Made by a program: the position numbers and the translations under genes. Of a stretch of DNA of 64,000 nucleotides, positions 61,027 to 64,000 are shown piece after piece (within the stretch, counting starts at the first letter, position 1; each line of letters begins with the position of its first letter). Location: contig NW_027361826.1 in NCBI RefSeq assembly GCF_039654945.1, positions 19,344,001-19,408,000 of the forward strand, written 5' to 3'. Origin of the DNA: Dendrobates tinctorius. Its lineage: Eukaryota. The notes beneath the pieces were generated by a model that searched no databases, had not been told where the DNA came from, and worked only from the letters and a program-made list of their open reading frames with translations.

Positions 61027-64000
61027 TTACTCTGTCGCCTAATTGGGGGACACAGAACCGTGGGTGTTATGCTGCTGTCCACTAGGAGGCGACACTATGC
61101 ATAATCTGAAAAAGATTAACTTTGGCTCCTCCTCTGCAGTATACACCCCTGGACGGCGTCAGCCTTCTCCAGTTTTTGCTTAGTGTCGCAAGGAGGCACA
61201 CCTCTTTTCTTCCGTTTTTTTCCTTTTTTCGTCCGGAAATACAGATGAAGAAAAGAGGGTCTCCAGCGAGACTCCCGGCATGGCTCCCTCCTCGGTCCCC
61301 TATTAGGGGTACCCGGTTGAGGTCGAGGTGGCTATTCCCCATGTCGCTCCCTCCCCAGTCCCTCGGGTCCTGGTTCGAGGTCGAGACCCCCCTCCTTCCC
61401 CAACCCCTTTAAGGGGTCTGGGTTGAGGTTGAGGCGAGGATGAAGACCCCCTGACGGTGACAGACGCACCCTCCCTAATGCCCCGCAGGGGGCATTAGGT
61501 TGAGACGCCTCAGGTAGTTTCGGAGATCAGGCAGCATTCCGCAGCTTCCAGGGACCCCAGGCCGGCTGAGGGATCCTGTTGGGGCCGGGAGAGGGTGCGG
61601 ACTGGATGGCACAGCAGAGACAGGGCTTTTTCTGCGTCCCTGCCTCTGCAGCAGCAGCGGCTCCATAGCGCTTCAGGGGCCCCACATACAGAAACCGCTA
61701 CCCCTGCTACCCCCACTGCTATCCAGTTGACCATTCTGGGGGGGTCTGGTACAAGTCCGCCCCCCCCCCCCTCCCAGACTACCGCGCCGCTCTGGAGCCC
61801 TCCTGGGCATCAGGCCTCTAATTTAGACCGCGGCTTCGGCCTAGCCGAAGCCGCCGCCTTTTCCCGCGCCCCGCCCCGCCCCCCGGATGACCAAAATGAC
61901 ACACTGGAGTGTCATAGAAGGGGCAGATTGAGGCAGAAAGGGGGCGTTTTTACACAGCCCAGCGCGCCCTTTTCAGCTCTCCGCCCCCTCCTCCCTCTCC
62001 TCAGAGTCCCGGTGGCCATTTTTTCTGGATGAGATCCAGGAGAGGAGCATCACAGCGGTCTCCGGGGGGCACAGAACTGGGATCTGTCGGCGCTGGACCT
62101 AGGGGCACACCGGTGGGGTAAGCTCACAGCTGGGTTCTCATTACTCAGCTGTGAATCTATACTTCCTGTAAGGCTCTCTGTGGGTTCCCTCTGCGTAGCC
62201 ACCCCTGTACGATCCCTTATAGCCAGCCTCTGTGCACTATGCCGGGCTCAAGGAAGAGAACCAGGCAGGAATGTTTCTATGCATTCTGCACAGCCTGCAA
62301 AGCCACGCTCCCTAGTGGCAGCACGTATCCGCACTGCCGGGACTGCATCCTGAACTCTGGGTCAGAACCCCAGGGAGTCCCTACTGACGCTTCAGTGTCA
62401 CAGGCCACGCCGGAATGGGCAACTCAGATGTCTCAGGCCATGACACAGTCCATAGACAACCTAACTGCTACATTGCTGCAAGCTCTGCAGAGTCGGGCCC
62501 CGGCTATGGACGGTACACAGCAAACGGACAGCTTGTCTCAGGAACATGCTGCTTCCGACTCTCACAGACGTAAGCGGACCCACAGGTCTCGATCACCTGA
62601 GTCGCACTATAGTACAAGGTCGTCCCCCTCCAGGGAGAGACAGCGTCATTCCAGGTCTCCTGGGCAGTCCCCTGCCACAGACAGTACAATTTACCACAGG
62701 GATCCCCCACCACAGAAGACCCCCTCCCCAGGTCGCCCTCCAGGGATCACCTTAGCGAGGCACAGGATTCGGAGGGCATCTGTGACTCCGACTCAGATAA
62801 CGAAACGGACAGGTCCGTGGTACCTTCTCCCCCTAGCAATACAGCGCTAGTTGAGGACATAATTTCTGCCATTCATCGGGTGCTAAAAATTCCAGATTCG
62901 GCCCCGGAAGTCCCAGAACATAGGATTTGCTTCGAAAGTGTTCAGAAACCACCTAAGGTCTTCCCTAATCACCATGAGTTTGAGAAAATACTTACCAAAC
63001 AGTTTGCGCAGCCTGAGAAAAAATTCGCTAATCGCAAATATTTGGAAGCGAAGTACCCCTTCCCACAGAAAGACACCAAACAATGGACAGATCCACCTGA
63101 AGTGGACCCTCCGGTTTCTAGGCTAGCAGCGCAGACTTTACTCTCTCTGCCGGATAGCTCAACCCTCAGGGACGCAGCAGACCGGCAAGTAGAACGCATG
63201 GCTCGTTCTATTTTCGAAGCGGCAGGCGCCTCTCTGGGCCCTGCGTTTGCTTCAGTTTGGGCAACCAAGGCCATCCTGGCTTGGGCCAAAAAACTACAGG
63301 AGGGTCTTCAGGCTTCAAATCCTGAGCTCTCGGACCAAGCGGTCCAGATAGCAGTGGTAGCAGACTACATGATTCATGCAGCCCTGGATTCCGCCAGAGG
63401 TGTAGCGGGAATAGCATCAAACGCCATCACGATCCTACGCATCCTCTGGCTGCGAGAATGGAAAGCGGATGCGGCCTCAAAGAAGTCCCTCACGCGACTT
63501 CCGTATTTTACTGGAAGACTTTTCGGCGAAAAGTTGGACACCATGATAGCCAATGCCACTGGGGGTAAGAGTACTTCTCTCCCTCCACTAAAACCGAAAC
63601 GCACGTTTAAATGAAGAAACCAGACGCGATTCCGATCCTCTCGGAATTCCTCGGGCTGGTCTGTTTCGCGCCCAGTGCAAAACCGTAACCGTTCTCCACG
63701 CAGGGACAACCCACGGACGCAGCAGCGACCGGACAGGGCTTGGCAGTCGAAAGCAGGCCAAGCGAAACCCAAGGGAGGAAAACCTCAGAACTTCGCTTCA
63801 TCATGACTCGCGTCCTCCGGAAGACACCCCACCAGTAGGCGGCCGACTTTTACTCATTCAGCAAGTCTGGCTGCCTATTACAGAAGACAGGTGGGTCAGG
63901 GAAATAGTGTCTTCCGGATACAAGATAGAGTTCACTTCCGTTCCACCGAACCGGTTCTTCCTTTCTATTCCTCCAACGCCACCAGAAAAGGCTTGTGCTT
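61027..64000 (+). mobile_element. DIRS1-type retrotransposon (copy C, same family as A), truncated by the window end
   Basis: Left ITR is nearly identical to 42585-42760. Gag at 62239-63806 (frameshift, stop) and the start of pol. Confidence 0.93.

Larger units (their letters stand above)
55001..61028 (+). mobile_element. DIRS1-type retrotransposon (copy B, second family), full-length, decayed
   Basis: ITRs at 55001-~55140 and ~60857-61028. ICR at 60647-60747. Gag ~56185-57687, RT/RH/MT ~57700-59585, YR ~59570-60606. Confidence 0.95.

Overview
Eukaryotic vertebrate DNA, most likely from an anuran amphibian (inferred from the transposable element (TE) repertoire and the PFKFB4 sequence). There are no prokaryotic features. 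The only host gene I can support is the 5' part of PFKFB4 (6-phosphofructo-2-kinase/fructose-2,6-bisphosphatase 4), coding exons 1-5 on the + strand at 35285-54644. Its first exon lies between two G-rich minisatellite arrays with 34-bp and ~50-bp units. The rest is densely nested TEs: (1) a DD38E Tc1 element and a young 5'-truncated L2 LINE in a (TA)n tract; (2) an old minus-strand L2 that hosts two hAT MITEs and a full-length Tf1/sushi-type chromovirus LTR retrotransposon, whose integrase contains a ~224-bp orphan insert that in turn holds a full-length L1 with two intact ORFs; (3) a 4.3-kb TTAA/piggyBac-like non-autonomous element carrying telomere-like repeats and a ~390-bp satellite; (4) three DIRS tyrosine-recombinase retrotransposons plus older DIRS relics in PFKFB4 introns. 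The most notable signals are a repeated bulged-hairpin RNA module with compensatory changes in the DIRS 5' leader, head-to-tail DIRS insertion at targets resembling the DIRS right end, and an 11-nt self-priming signature in the LTR element.
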